The notes below the pieces were generated by a model. The model did no database searches, was not told the DNA's origin, and worked only from the letters and a program-made list of their open reading frames with translations. Below are positions 12,405 to 27,959 of a stretch of 64,000 nt of DNA, piece after piece. The first letter of the stretch is position 1. Each line of letters begins with the position of its first letter. The stretch spans positions 2,232,001 to 2,296,000 of the forward strand of contig BQFW01000013.1 of assembly GCA_020891255.1 (NCBI GenBank). The letters are read 5' to 3'. The stretch comes from Entomortierella parvispora E1425 (taxonomy: Eukaryota > Fungi > Mortierellomycota). Position numbers and translations under genes: made by a program.

Positions 12405-13232
12405 GTGGCGACGCAGCAGAAGATACATGTACGTACTGCATATAAAAAAACTGGTCGTTTTCTGCCCTCACCGTCCCTTTCTCCTTCTTCCGTTGTTGCA
12501 CACCTCCCCCTCCTCCTCCTCCTCCTCCTCCTCCTCCTCCTCACGTCTCGGTCCTTTTTCTTTACCCTTTCATACCTCACTTTCATCCCTTTTCAGAGAG
12601 AAGCCATGGGTCAGCTCGAAGTTAGCTGCTTTGCCCAGGGGAGCCAAAACGTACTCTATGCCCTGTCGTTCGGTTATGACCTCTCTGTCAAAACCGGCAA
12701 TAACAGCGTGGCCATCTTGCTACAGTCCAATGCCTCCCCCTCCGGCCCGAATAATCTGACTTGGCAAGTTGTTAGCACGATTCACCAGGGTGAACTCTTT
12801 TCGTTTCTTGACAACCTTAACCTCCAGTGCAGCGTCGATCCCAATGGCTCCTTTCTCGCCTGGTCTTACAACACCTATGCACTGGGAGCGCCCGCTGGAG
12901 CTTCACCGCGTCCAGGTGGATTCCGCTACGACCCCACTTTGTCCACCTCCTCCACCACCACGACGGGGAACGGCGGGTGGGCAAATGTCGACACCCCGCT
13001 CAACTATACCTGGACATCTTCTTCTGCTGGAGGTGATCTCTTTTATCTGAACAATGGCAACAACTACGACTTTTATCACGCCTACATACCCGGTGCTGTG
13101 GGAGCATCGTTCGACATTGGCGTTTTGGACAAAACAGTGACCCCCAATTTGATGGTGAACTCTGCTACAAAATGGTCTGTCCTTGTAAGTTGGCCTCAGT
13201 GCCCCCCTCAGTTGTATCATACTGTACTTTGA
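12405..13232 (+). CDS. 5' part of a secreted/surface protein gene (SCFAQ..LYALS..LTWQVVS..CSVDPNG..GFRYDP type), apparently 3'-truncated
   Basis: Protein-like 275-aa ORF. Likely splice acceptor at about 12595 and GTAAGT donor at about 13185. No convincing continuing exon downstream. The resemblance to a Mortierellaceae-expanded membrane protein family is from recall only. Confidence 0.55.
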   Translation: MATQQKIHVRTAYKKTGRFLPSPSLSPSSVVAHLPLLLLLLLLLLLTSRSFFFTLSYLTFIPFQREAMGQLEVSCFAQGSQNVLYALSFGYDLSVKTGNNSVAILLQSNASPSGPNNLTWQVVSTIHQGELFSFLDNLNLQCSVDPNGSFLAWSYNTYALGAPAGASPRPGGFRYDPTLSTSSTTTTGNGGWANVDTPLNYTWTSSSAGGDLFYLNNGNNYDFYHAYIPGAVGASFDIGVLDKTVTPNLMVNSATKWSVLVSWPQCPPQLYHTVL

Positions 13233-13540
13233 ATGATTCTCCGTTATATATCCTACAGGGTTGCAATCTGGAGACTAACCGTACCTGTTAATTTTGATAT
13301 CTTTCCATCTTTTTTCCACCTGACGGTTGTTGCAACTCGTTTCATTATAGTCTACCATCGCAGGGGTCAACGGCATGAAAACCAGTGCAACTAAAATGTT
13401 CGTCTGGGGCTCTGCTGGTAACTCCAGCAGTTTGTTCGGCTCGCTTTCTGAATACATACTTAGTACACCTCTTGCCTACATCTGTCCATGAGTCCTTGAC
13501 AAAAAATAAGGGAAATGATTTGGGATTCAGTTAACCTTAT

Positions 13541-14911
13541 TTATACCTCACGCTTTGATAATGTTGCTACTGCTGCGGCTCTTACACCTTGATTCTCATT
13601 GAGGCAACTTCTGACATCCCACCAGCTGATGCCAGTTGAATTGCAGGTCGCACTGCTTACATCTTCTGCATGCTTTTTTTTAAGGTATGCTTGCACGTGT
13701 CTGTCAAAACACATGTCCTTGTCAACATTCCAGTGTCGCGTCATGTGTTTACGCCAAATGTTGATGATTGTCATACTCCACTCTGGTTGTCCACCTTCGC
13801 GAAGACTATCCAGTCGGATTGCCACATCATGCAGGATTGTTTGTCTTGCTCCTGCATTGTTATACATGGTGTAGCGTATCTCATCTTCACCTTGCAGTTT
13901 ACACTGTATGTCATCTGCAGAAACAAAAGCCAAGGCATACGCTGCGCAGCTTGCCAAGGGCACTGAAGATAAACCGTCAGAGGCAAATGCTGCCCAAAGT
14001 TCATCCCAGACCGGAGCCACGGTTGCCAGCACCCTTGCCGCGCCCCACCCACTGGCATGGTCTCCAACAACGCCATGTAACTGGCTTCCTGCCTGCAATA
14101 GGACTGACATGATATACCGTGCGGGTGTAAAAGCATACATTGCACTTCGGCATGCCAAAACAACATGAGTACAATAATCGCCAAAGATCCCATCAGCAAG
14201 ACCCCCTGTCCGTGCTAGCACACATAATGCACTCATGTGCGCAAAACCACATGGTAGCCCTCCATCATATGTTGGTTCCAAAGTAGGAGGCTTCCATCGA
14301 TCATCCACTCCCCGTCGCTGACACCATGGCCACCATAATGTGTCCAATAATTGCTTGGAACAACAGTCACAGACGCAGAGAGCCGTATACTGAAACCACA
14401 CTCCATGTGCAGGAAATGCAGGCACTATCGTACACAACCCTGCGTTGGTGTTGGCACTCATCATCGTACTGGTCCGTCTAGAAATTCCAACTGCAGTTTT
14501 CACCAAGCTCAGCACGTTGTGAGGATGCTCTTCAATCACCTGACCTGTCATGCCACCTAAGGCACACATCGCATTTATCCCAAGTTCTACGGAGTCTTTA
14601 GTGCCATGAATAGCGTGGGTAACTGCTACATTCATGGCACTGCATGAGCTGATATCTGAAAACACACAGCTTGGGGCATCAGTACATTTCCTTAGCTCAT
14701 GCAGAAGAACTCGATAGCGCTCATGCTTTTGGAACTTGCATGTGCCATCCTCTAGACATTCACAACCGTCTGCCAGCATTCGAATCAGGCTCTCCAAGTC
14801 ACCCACAGGCTCATGATCTGACAATTGAGATGAAGGTAGATCAAAGTGATCATTGGCTTCAAACACTCTCCCAGTGTCTTCTAGGGTGATAGGGTTCCTT
14901 GGAGGTGTCAT
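13541..14911 (-). CDS. Intronless 456-aa hypothetical protein, Cys/His/Trp-rich, no recognisable domain
   Basis: Long uninterrupted ORF in non-repetitive sequence; no family motif recognised. Confidence 0.55.
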   Translation of the reverse strand: MTPPRNPITLEDTGRVFEANDHFDLPSSQLSDHEPVGDLESLIRMLADGCECLEDGTCKFQKHERYRVLLHELRKCTDAPSCVFSDISSCSAMNVAVTHAIHGTKDSVELGINAMCALGGMTGQVIEEHPHNVLSLVKTAVGISRRTSTMMSANTNAGLCTIVPAFPAHGVWFQYTALCVCDCCSKQLLDTLWWPWCQRRGVDDRWKPPTLEPTYDGGLPCGFAHMSALCVLARTGGLADGIFGDYCTHVVLACRSAMYAFTPARYIMSVLLQAGSQLHGVVGDHASGWGAARVLATVAPVWDELWAAFASDGLSSVPLASCAAYALAFVSADDIQCKLQGEDEIRYTMYNNAGARQTILHDVAIRLDSLREGGQPEWSMTIINIWRKHMTRHWNVDKDMCFDRHVQAYLKKKHAEDVSSATCNSTGISWWDVRSCLNENQGVRAAAVATLSKREV

Positions 14912-16013
14912 AGGATAGGTAGCTAAGAATTGTAGGATTAATTAAACAGCATGAGATTGAATTTCATTAGAAATTTACTGTAAATCAACACATCCCAGCA
15001 ATGAGATTTACCTTGTTTCTTCTCTAAGAATGTTCAGCCAGTTTTTCATGGTAAATGTTAGTGAAACCGAGACAGGCATCAGGCCAGTTGAATAAACATT
15101 TTCTTCCCTCTCATTATTTAATAACTGTAAAAATAAAATCCAAGCTATATTACCTGTTCAAAAATATGTAGAGGTGTAAGAATGCTTGGGCAGGCCAATT
15201 CAGCAAGCGTTCGTTGGCAACCTTAAGAGAGGAAGTGGGGTAGGGAGAGGGCAGGGTGAGACCAATGGTGTCTTGATGAAGGTTATATGGGAGGATAGTT
15301 CTATGGCGGCTTTTACGTTGGTTTGAGGATGTTATGATGTGAATTGAAGAGTCTTGGAGAGGATCGGATGTGTGTCTGTGCAGGACGTTGTTTGGGTGCG
15401 ACTTCTATATATATGTAAAGATGATCATGAGAAAAAATAACACTCAAACAATTACTATTCAGTAGCTGGTGCGTGAAATCAATTTTGTTCAGTTTGAATC
15501 AGTGGCTTGCAGAGATAAGGGACCCAAGTATTTCAAAGGATGCAAAAAGAAAAGGGACAGTGAGAAAAAAAAAGAGAATGGTCCCAAAATAGATTAAGGG
15601 AAGCAGGAGATAAAGAGAAAAAAAAGGAAGTGGGGACCTTGAGAACATAAAAAAGATAAGAGGACAGTGAAAAAGATAAGGGCACAGTGAAAAGGAAATG
15701 GGGACAGTGAGAAAAATAATAAAAGGGGCGGAGAGAAAAACAAAATGACAGAAACGATTAAGTGTAGTTACTGTAGAGTAACTCAGTTAGCACTAGGCTG
15801 TTTACCCATTCATCCCAAGGATCAGAAGGCTATAACCGAGCTGTTGTGGGCTTGGGTTAGAAATAACTCTTCCTGCCCTCTGATTTCTATTTAACAAGTA
15901 AATCACTGGGCTAGTCTGGTCTGACGAAGATAAAAGACTTGTCAAACCAAGCACCTCAATGAAAATTGGACTTTTTCACTTGCCATTTTCCTTCCCATTC
16001 CTTTTCACAGATA

Positions 16014-16118
16014 CAGGGAACAGCGAGAGTAAGGAACAGCGAGGGCAGGGAACAGCGAGAGTAAGAAACAGCGAGGGAAGGGCAGGGAACAGCGAGAGTA
16101 AGAAACAGCGAGGGCAGG
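16014..16118. repeat. Purine-rich minisatellite (about 33-bp unit cagggaacagcgagagtaag(g/a)aacagcgaggg, 3 copies)
   Basis: The direct repeats are visible in the sequence. Confidence 0.8.
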
Positions 16119-17091
16119 GAAAGGGAAGCGAAGGAACAGGAAAACGAAAGGGATAACACTAAGGAACAACGCAGGAGACAATACTGGAGATAGTGTTGAG
16201 GGCAGGGAGGAGAGTGGATAGAGAATGAAAGGGCATGGAAAAGAAAGGGCATGGAAAAGAGAGAGGGGGGGGGGGGGGGGGAGGGGGGGGGGGGGGAAAG
16301 AGAAGGGGGGAAAGAAATGGATGCCGAGGAAAGCAAGGGATGCTGAGGAAAACAAGTGATACCTAGGAAAGCAAGGTCAGAAAAACACCAATGGGTGCTA
16401 ATAGTGAGAAAAAATATAAGATGCATGAAATCAAGGGGTGCATGTCAATCTCATGCATCTGACACCTATTTTCTGCCTTTTCTTCTCCCTGCCATTGCTT
16501 CTGTGCCCTTGCTTTTCCCCATTCTTACTTCCGCTCGCTCCTCTGGCCATCCAATCATAGGGAGGCAGGAGGACTGCCAAATATTATTGCGAGCATTTTT
16601 TTTACGCTTATGGTATTTGGTGCCAATTCGCATCATCCATGAAACCTCATCTACTGCTTATCTCGACTCTTTCAGAGGAATCAGGGACAGATGCCCACCA
16701 AAATGATGGTATCTTTGCAATTCATTCTTTATGCATACGTTTGACGAGATTCTGAAAATTGGCAGGCAAGCCATCTGCAGGGTAAGTTAAGAGGGAGAGT
16801 TATGTCCTCTTGCGCGTGGAGACGAAAGGCATAAAAGTCGCCTGCGTTTGCGCCTTCTTAACCTCACCTCCTCCATCCGCGCGAGACAGATGTGTCAAAA
16901 AAGGTGTCCCGCGATGTTATCTACACGCCTCAAGTCCCGCCCCTTACGAATAAAAATATGAAACAAATGCATACAGTAGACACATATATATACCTCCTCC
17001 CTCCAACTCACATCATTCACTTCTCTAACTCGACTTCTCCCTGCCCTTGTCCTCTCCTCGGTCTCCTCTTTGTAGTCCCCCTCTGTGCCTA

Positions 17092-17430
17092 TTACAGGTG
17101 CCGAGTGGCGTGAGTATGTTGGTTATGGCAGTGTCGTTGTGGTTTATTGGAGTGGGGAGAGGGAGTGTATTCAGAAGCGGGGTCTTTACTCTTTGAGGGA
17201 AGACTTAGCTGAAGGGAAGGGACACTCCCTTTGTCCAGAGGAGGAAGGGAGGGGGTTTCGACGATCAGGTCCTGGACAGCTACTGATCGCCGGGGGCTTT
17301 TCCCGTCTCGGGGGCATCGCCAAAGGTGACTTGGTTGACTCGTCGTCCTTGGTGGTGGTTGTTGCGGTATTTGGGGCAATCGCGTCCAAAATGACCAGGT
17401 TGACGGCAGCGCAAACAGCCGCCCGTTGCA
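17092..17430 (-). mobile_element. Gag C-terminus / gag-pol junction relic of a second, diverged Ty3/Gypsy family
   Basis: The minus strand reads GCLRCRQPGHFGRDCPKY..RVNQVTFGDAPETGKAPGDQ* (CCHC knuckle), homologous to GCFRCRELGHISPNCPKY..GINQVTAGESPDSGKASGN* in the full element. Confidence 0.85.
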
Positions 17431-18074
17431 ATAGTAAAGGCAAAGGGAAGAGCACGAAGATTGAATGATGTTTATTGATATGAAGACTGGGGTATTTATA
17501 CTAAAGGTTGTGGTGGTGGCAATGATGGCAATGGCGGCAGTGGTTGTAGTTGGCCCTTTGTTTGTGGCTTTGCTGTGAGTGAAGGCGCTGCACGGTCAGT
17601 CTGATTTGACTGTTGCACGAGGTCTATTTGTTTGCAGCGGGCATGGTCGCGTTGGTCGGCTTGGCGTTCTCGTTCGGTGACGGTAGGGAGAGCGGCAAGG
17701 TTTGTTGGAATGGCCCTTGTTGTTCAGGAGGGAGGGCAGCGACAAGGATATGTAGCGCTTCAGACATAGTAAGGCAGTGGGAGGGAATAACAGGAGAGCA
17801 GAGAGGGGACAGTGAGGCAGTGAATCGAAGGGACCTTTGCTACCATGTAATAGGCACAGAGGGGGAATACAACGAGGAGACCGAGGAGAGGACAAGGGCA
17901 GGGAGAAGTCGAGTTAGAGAAGTGAATGATGTTTAATGAGTTGGAGGGAGGGGATATATATATGTGTCTACATGTATCTGGCCATGGTACTGTAACTATG
18001 TTGGGATTGGTGGGAGTGATGGAGTAGGAGGGGTTGGAGTGACAGGATCACAAAAGCTGTAGACACGCGTTGCA

Positions 18075-18830
18075 ATTTCGCACCACTTCTTCCTCTTCAT
18101 TTCTCTTGTCTGGAACTTCCAGGTAGTGACTGGAACCGACCCCAAAAGACGAGCCGGTGCACCGTGGCACGCACAAAAAAAGAACCGGTGCACCGAGTCG
18201 GTTCTCCTTTGAGTCCTGTGAATCTCTCCTTGGTGGCTTATGTGTTTTTTGAGTGTTTTTGAGTGTTTTTTACTAACGGAAAGCTGCTATGGGGAGTGGT
18301 AAGAGCTCAAAATCTTAAGAGCGTAGTGCGAGAAAACAATATCGCTGTCAGCATTGACCGCCAAACGATTGCGTTTTTCAGTGGCCACCCCTCCCGAGAA
18401 ACTGAACAATCTTTCTGATGCTACCGACATGGAAGGGATAGAAAAAAAAAAGAGTCCGCCAGAGCGAGAACCGTTGGTTCCCAAATTTTGACTTCGGTGC
18501 ACCGGTTTCAGAAAAAAAAGACGAACCACGGTGCACCGCGGACCGGTTCCAATACCTGGAAGTTCCAGGTATTCTTCTTTTACGGTTATTTATGCCTGGT
18601 CACTGAACTACAGCGGGCACATCCTAGGCTTTTGTCTCTCTCTACACGCCATCCCTCACGATGAGTGAAGACATCACCACAGCTGATACCAGCGAGGCGT
18701 ATGCGACACGAGTAGAGACAGAAACAGCTCCCCAACCAACTACGACCACTACTTTTCCGTCATCGGCCAGCCCAACGGCCACAGTGCCCCCCAGAGGGTG
18801 ACACAACTAATTGGCAGTCACAAGATCCAC
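18075..18830 (+). pseudogene. Internally deleted paralogous fragment of the 50.0-51.5 kb locus, carrying a MITE insertion
   Basis: 18077-18125 and 18560-18625 match 50203-50302. 18640-18830 matches 51287-51415. The middle ~1 kb is absent. Confidence 0.75.
18120..18558. mobile_element. Non-autonomous hAT-like MITE (~440 bp)
   Basis: Absent from the paralogous site at 50235-50250. Imperfect TIRs caggta(gtgac)tggaaccg / cggttccaatacctg. Near-perfect 8-bp TSD gaa(c/g)ttcc. Four subterminal cggtgcaccg palindromes. Confidence 0.7.
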
Positions 18831-19328
18831 CCGCAATAGGCCCCTTTTCATTAAAAAAAATCTGTTTTCCTGGGTTGTGTGGAATTTTTGGCACGCGAGA
18901 TATCTCCCAGATCCAAATCGACCTAACAAGCAATCGGGCGATTAGTCCAGGAGGAATCTCGCGCTAGTGCTTCTTACATACTCCTAAATTTTATCTACGG
19001 TGATTTCACCCCCTTCATTCCACAGCTAGGGTTTTTTCATGACAGCGGTGAGGAACGATAATGGCACACTCGCTCTTTCTGCTTCCCTCAGTGGGTTAGT
19101 ATTCGTTCCAATTGACATTCTCAATTTGAAATTCTTCGTCGTAATCCGAACTGGTAGATCAATGCTTTCGTATATAAACCAGCCTAGGGAAGGTTTACTT
19201 TCCTTTCTCTATCTCTTGCACCTTTTGCTCACACCTTCTCTGCAGCGGACATTATTCCTAACAAGAATCCGCTTCCCCCTAAACCTCAAATTGTCCGACC
19301 CCGTGGCCCCCATCCCTATATTTAAATC

Positions 19329-23295
<3,967 letters not shown>

Positions 23296-23899
23296 GCAGT
23301 GGCGGGCCCCGCCTCTGGAGCCGTGGAGTTGCTGGAGTCGAGGAAGTTGCTGGCCCCGCTGGAGGCATTGTATTTACTGAAGGTGTTGGAAGCCCACCAT
23401 GGCCACCACCACCACGACCCCTACCCATTCCTAAAAGAGAAACCATACGGCCGTACCATCAAGCATACAAAAGCTCAAGACTTTTGGAGAGCGCCCGGGC
23501 AGGATCACTTGGCGAAGAGAAACATTTATGCCACCTGTTCAGTGCGTCTTCGGTATTAATAAAGGTTCGGTCCTTATTGCAACATTGTAAAGCATCATTT
23601 GTAAAAAATTCAATGAGGATGTGGGCAAAAAAAGATGCAGCGGAATTTTGAATGGCAAAGAAAGATGGAGAGAAAGGGCTTTTTTTTTTTTTCAAATTAT
23701 TCTTCAGTATTTTAAATTTTCGACCTAAGCCACTGTTACGATCGCATGCTTCTGCATCCAGAGCCGTAAGCGACCATTGTGTCGCTCTCCTAAGAGAAGA
23801 GCCCGAGGTCTAGGTCGCCTCATGATAATAAAAATTTACAACTTCCCATCCTTTCCATCACTGCTGGTCGTCGCCGACCCAGGTATGTGTCCAGCAGAA

Positions 23900-26823
23900 A
23901 GATATCCGCTTCGATGTTTTAAGCTTGGGGGTCGGAGCACCACCCGCGGAGAGCGACTGCGAATGCGGCCGATTGCTAAACAATCACACGAACAACAACT
24001 GTCCCGGCTTTACGGACCACGCCATGGGTTGGCTTGCACGCCTTGTTGTCTCGGTGGTGGTGTTTTCTTCATCTTTTTGGTGATTGCTTGCTCTTTTTCC
24101 ATTGCAGTTTGCCTATCGCAACGGTCCAGCCAGACTGCCTCGCGAATACCTTCCTCGAGAGCGCAACAGAAACGATGGACGAGGTTTTGGGCCGTGGTGA
24201 TGTTGGTCTTGAAGAGCTTGATCCACACCCGGGTCAGGCTATGAGGTGAGATCTCTCTGTAAAGGTCAGCCACCCTCCATTGCTGTAGTGCCCTTTCCGC
24301 CACTGTTTGAGCTGCCTTCCCGTTCCATGGAGCGCGCTCCCCTGCTCCTGGTCCAGACGAGCGGTCGCTTGGTACTGATATTTTAGGGGCCGCCTTAGTG
24401 AAAGGTAGATGAGATGATTCTGGATGTGGCGATCTCGCTCTTTGGCCCATGTTCTCCGTAACCTTGCTTCTTCCGGATGTGCCCATTCTGCAATGGCCTC
24501 TATACTGTAGTCTTGGTCCAAATTTTCCGTTCTGCTGCAATGTGTTCATCGCAGTTCCACAAATGTTCATTGCTTTCCTCCAGTTCCTCGCAACAAGGGC
24601 AAAGAGCGTTGAGGTAGATGTCTGGGCGACGGGTGCGTTGGAGATCTTGGGTTGGGAGCACTCCGCACAGCTTCTTGACTCGATGACTGCGTAGCGATGA
24701 ATCTCTCAGTGAGGTGTAAAAGGATCCTGTGTTGTTATTGTTGTGTACAATGTCGAGGGTGGACTGCCAGTGTATGTCGCTGCTGTCCAGGTTCATTTTT
24801 TTTGTTTGCTTCAGTGCCATCCATGAACAATGGTCTCTGATGCGCGATTGATGGCGAACAAGGCGACGGATCGTCCGCGTCAATATTTGTCTGCAAGAAT
24901 TGTGCCCCAAACTGAAAATCTTGTTGGTGCGACTGATTGATTGTCCACGGCATTGAGTCTGATGTTTGGGCATCGACAGCAGCCTTATCTGCCTCCTCGG
25001 TTACTGGGTCACCATTATGTCCCTTTACCTAGCAGACCTCAACCGCGCCCTGTCGTATGTTGCATGCCTGGGCAATGACAGCCCACTGGATTGCATGGTT
25101 GTATCTCATCTTCTCTCTGGTAGTTGCCCTATCTTTGTGTTTGACCAACTTGTTGAAGTTGTTGACGACGGAGAGGTTGTCTAAGTGGAGGATAATATGT
25201 TCTGCTGCTGGCGCCGCGACTATGACTGCATGAAGCCCCATGAGTTCCGCCGCTGTTGAGGATGAGAAGCCTTGAAGACGTCCACTTATTCGAAGGGGCG
25301 TGTCTGGGGCAACTGTGGCAACTCCAAACGCCATACTGCTATACACAGTGCCTGCTCGGATGAGTGATCCATCCGAGTATATATGTCTTGGTGCGGGTGC
25401 GGGTGGGCGGATCTGAGCCTCAGTGATCGTGTTGGCTGTTGCTTGGTCTACCAGTAAGGATCCTATTGCCACTCTTTCACTGCCTGCTGTGGGGATGGTT
25501 TCTTGAACAAGGGTGCGTTCTGGTGCTCTCAGTTGTCGGAGGAAGGCCGTAGTAGCCTTTCTGCGTTCTCCTGGGGTTGTAGCTCCGAACAGATAGGAAG
25601 CATGGTCTCGGTTAGGGGCTGGTGCTCGTTCAGGCTGCTGTGGTGACTGTGCTCCGTCTGGCTCTGGCTCGGAGTCCTGGTCCTGTGCCGACTCAGGGTC
25701 TTGATCTGACGAAAACGAGAATGAAATGGGGGAACTGGAACGGCTATCTATTAAGGATGGGGGTGTTGAGGAAGAATGCTGGTCGTGTGTGAAAGGTAAG
25801 GGGGGAAAGTGTTCGTGTGGTGAAAGTAAGGGTGATGAAGAAGGGGGGAAGGAGAAGGAGTGGAGCAGGATGAAGAAGTGGAGGAAGAAGAAGAAGAGTA
25901 GAAAAAGGTGGTGTAGGGGTTTGTTGTGCTCGAGGCACCCCCTTGCTCATTTATGGTGAGCATCTGATATTGTCGCTGGGCTCTTTTTTTCTTTTTTGTT
26001 TCTTTTGGACCGTTGCTCTTTTTTTTTTTGCCCTTTTCTCTCTTTTTTTGTTCTTTTTGCGATCTTGTTGTGTGGTCACTGTCACTGTCACTGTCACTGT
26101 TACCTTCATACTCACCTGGCGACTGAGGGTCGGTTGCAACGTTGCCATCCTTGGCCTGTTGTGTTTGTCCCAGACACTCTGTTGAGAGCAGTCGCGAGTC
26201 TAAATTGCTGCAGTTCGGTTGGGAAGCGTCGTCGACCGAGCGTTGCTCAGGAGACAGCTGTCCGTCAAGACCCAGTACATTGAGTTGAGATATAGAAGAA
26301 AAAACCTCCCCAAAGGAATAAACATCCTCCTCCGACTCCCAAGAGGGTTCGGATTCATCGGCTTCGTGAAGATAGTCTACGTACCAAAGTGATTCCGCTG
26401 TGTTTTCTTTTTCCAATCTTCTTATCATGTCCTCTCTTGTTCGTGCCAAATCTGTCCCGTTGGCTGTGTTTTTTGTGGGATCTATTGCTTTGTGCTGCAT
26501 CTGCAGTCTTTCTATTTCCAAGTCTATATTAATGTTGTGGGTCGTTACATGTACCAGGCCTGCAGTTGTCAGTTTGGTGGTGAAATACTCATACCACTTG
26601 TGAGGTGTTCGAGTTCGAATTAAATGCTGCTGCCTGACTTCTGTCCATGTGCATATAGCATTCCCATCATCCAGTCAACAACTGGTCCAGATAGAGGAGG
26701 CCCTGCTTTTTTCAGTTGCTTTCGAGCCTTGACGAACTCCTGTACTGTGAATAGGATTGTTATTGGGTGTCTCCTATTGTCCGTTTGCGTCGTGGAGTAG
26801 AAGCGTAAGTGCCTCTTGTTCAT
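23900..26823 (-). mobile_element. Degenerate non-LTR (LINE-like) relic: unknown N-terminal region, low-complexity linker, RNase H, zf-RVT-type zinc finger, C-terminal tail; no RT visible
   Basis: RNase H motifs IYSDGS, STAAELMG, HLDNLSV and [W>stop]VRGHNG..EEADKAA. Zinc finger CPCCEELEESNEHLWNC. Tail EAVWLDRC..MEKEQAITKK. Many stops and frameshifts. Confidence 0.7.
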
Positions 26824-27959
26824 GAGTCCTCATATTCGTCCTATGAGATTGTGCTTGTCTCCTGTCGCTCCAATATCAGGTCTCTCGACTGGGTGTCGCG
26901 CGATGCTTAATTGTCTTTGCAGTGCTCGCGACCTCGATCTGGTGAGTTGTCCAATTAGGCCTTGATCGTTAAGACGTGAGTGTAGTGGGCCAGAGACAAA
27001 ACTGCACAAATCTGCGCTCTCATGGTCGAGATATATACAGGTGGCCTAGCTGCCCAGGCCTGAACCACGACACAAGTGTGCTGGGTGAGGGAATAAGGGG
27101 GTCTGGATTACCTTTCTGACCCCGGCTAGAGCGTTTGAACAGGAAAGCAAAAGGACGAGGGGAGAGAGCGGTGTTTGCTTTTGAGGATGTTGTCTTTGGA
27201 CACAAAGCGCACAGCAGAGGAAAAAAAAAAAAAAAAAAGAGCGCCCTCGCCACACAGGCCTCTTTTTGACCAATGATGGAATCCTCTTCCCCACGTCCCT
27301 CCCTTTTTCTCCGCTCTAATCAGCTACTGTAAAGCCCACAAAGGTGCTCATGGTGCCCATTGCTCTGCTTTTGCTTTGCAACTTCTCCATGCTGATTTTA
27401 TTCGCTCCACGGATGAGAGGGCTGGCTACTGCGTCTTGGACAGCTCTCCGATCGCCAAGTCTTATTTTCTTCTCCAGACCATTGCCAATGGTATCCAAGT
27501 CGAGAGTGCCCCTCTTGAGTTGAATTGACTTCAAAATAAAAGAAACCTGTGTTCTGGGCAGAATTTCCAGTCGAAAGTTCCTTTTCCTCATCTTGTTTCA
27601 ATATATCATGAGGTCTCCCCCGAGTACCTCCAGGACGCCGATGGGTTCCATGAGCCTTTCAGTTGTGTCCCCAACCCCCTTTCCCTGAGAGAAACGTAGT
27701 TGTCCACAGTGCTCTTCAGATCTCGAAGATGCATTCCAAATTCAGTGATGAACTTTGTAAACTTGGCTGAACGTATGGAAGGATCGGCAGCGCACTTTTT
27801 GGAGGGCAGCGATGAGGTTTGTCTTAAGGGAGGGCAGGTTAGGAGCGTATATGATCGCTGTATTGCAGTTTGGCTGCGGCTGTGGAGCCGCAATAACGAC
27901 TGTGGCCACGATTGCGAGAAGGTGGTTTCTTTTTTTTTTTTTTGTAAACAAGACTGCCG

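Noticed and set aside
23680-23692. Poly-T tract as the poly(A) tail of the LINE-like relic
   Set aside because: Long A/T homopolymers are everywhere in this window and no TSD is visible.
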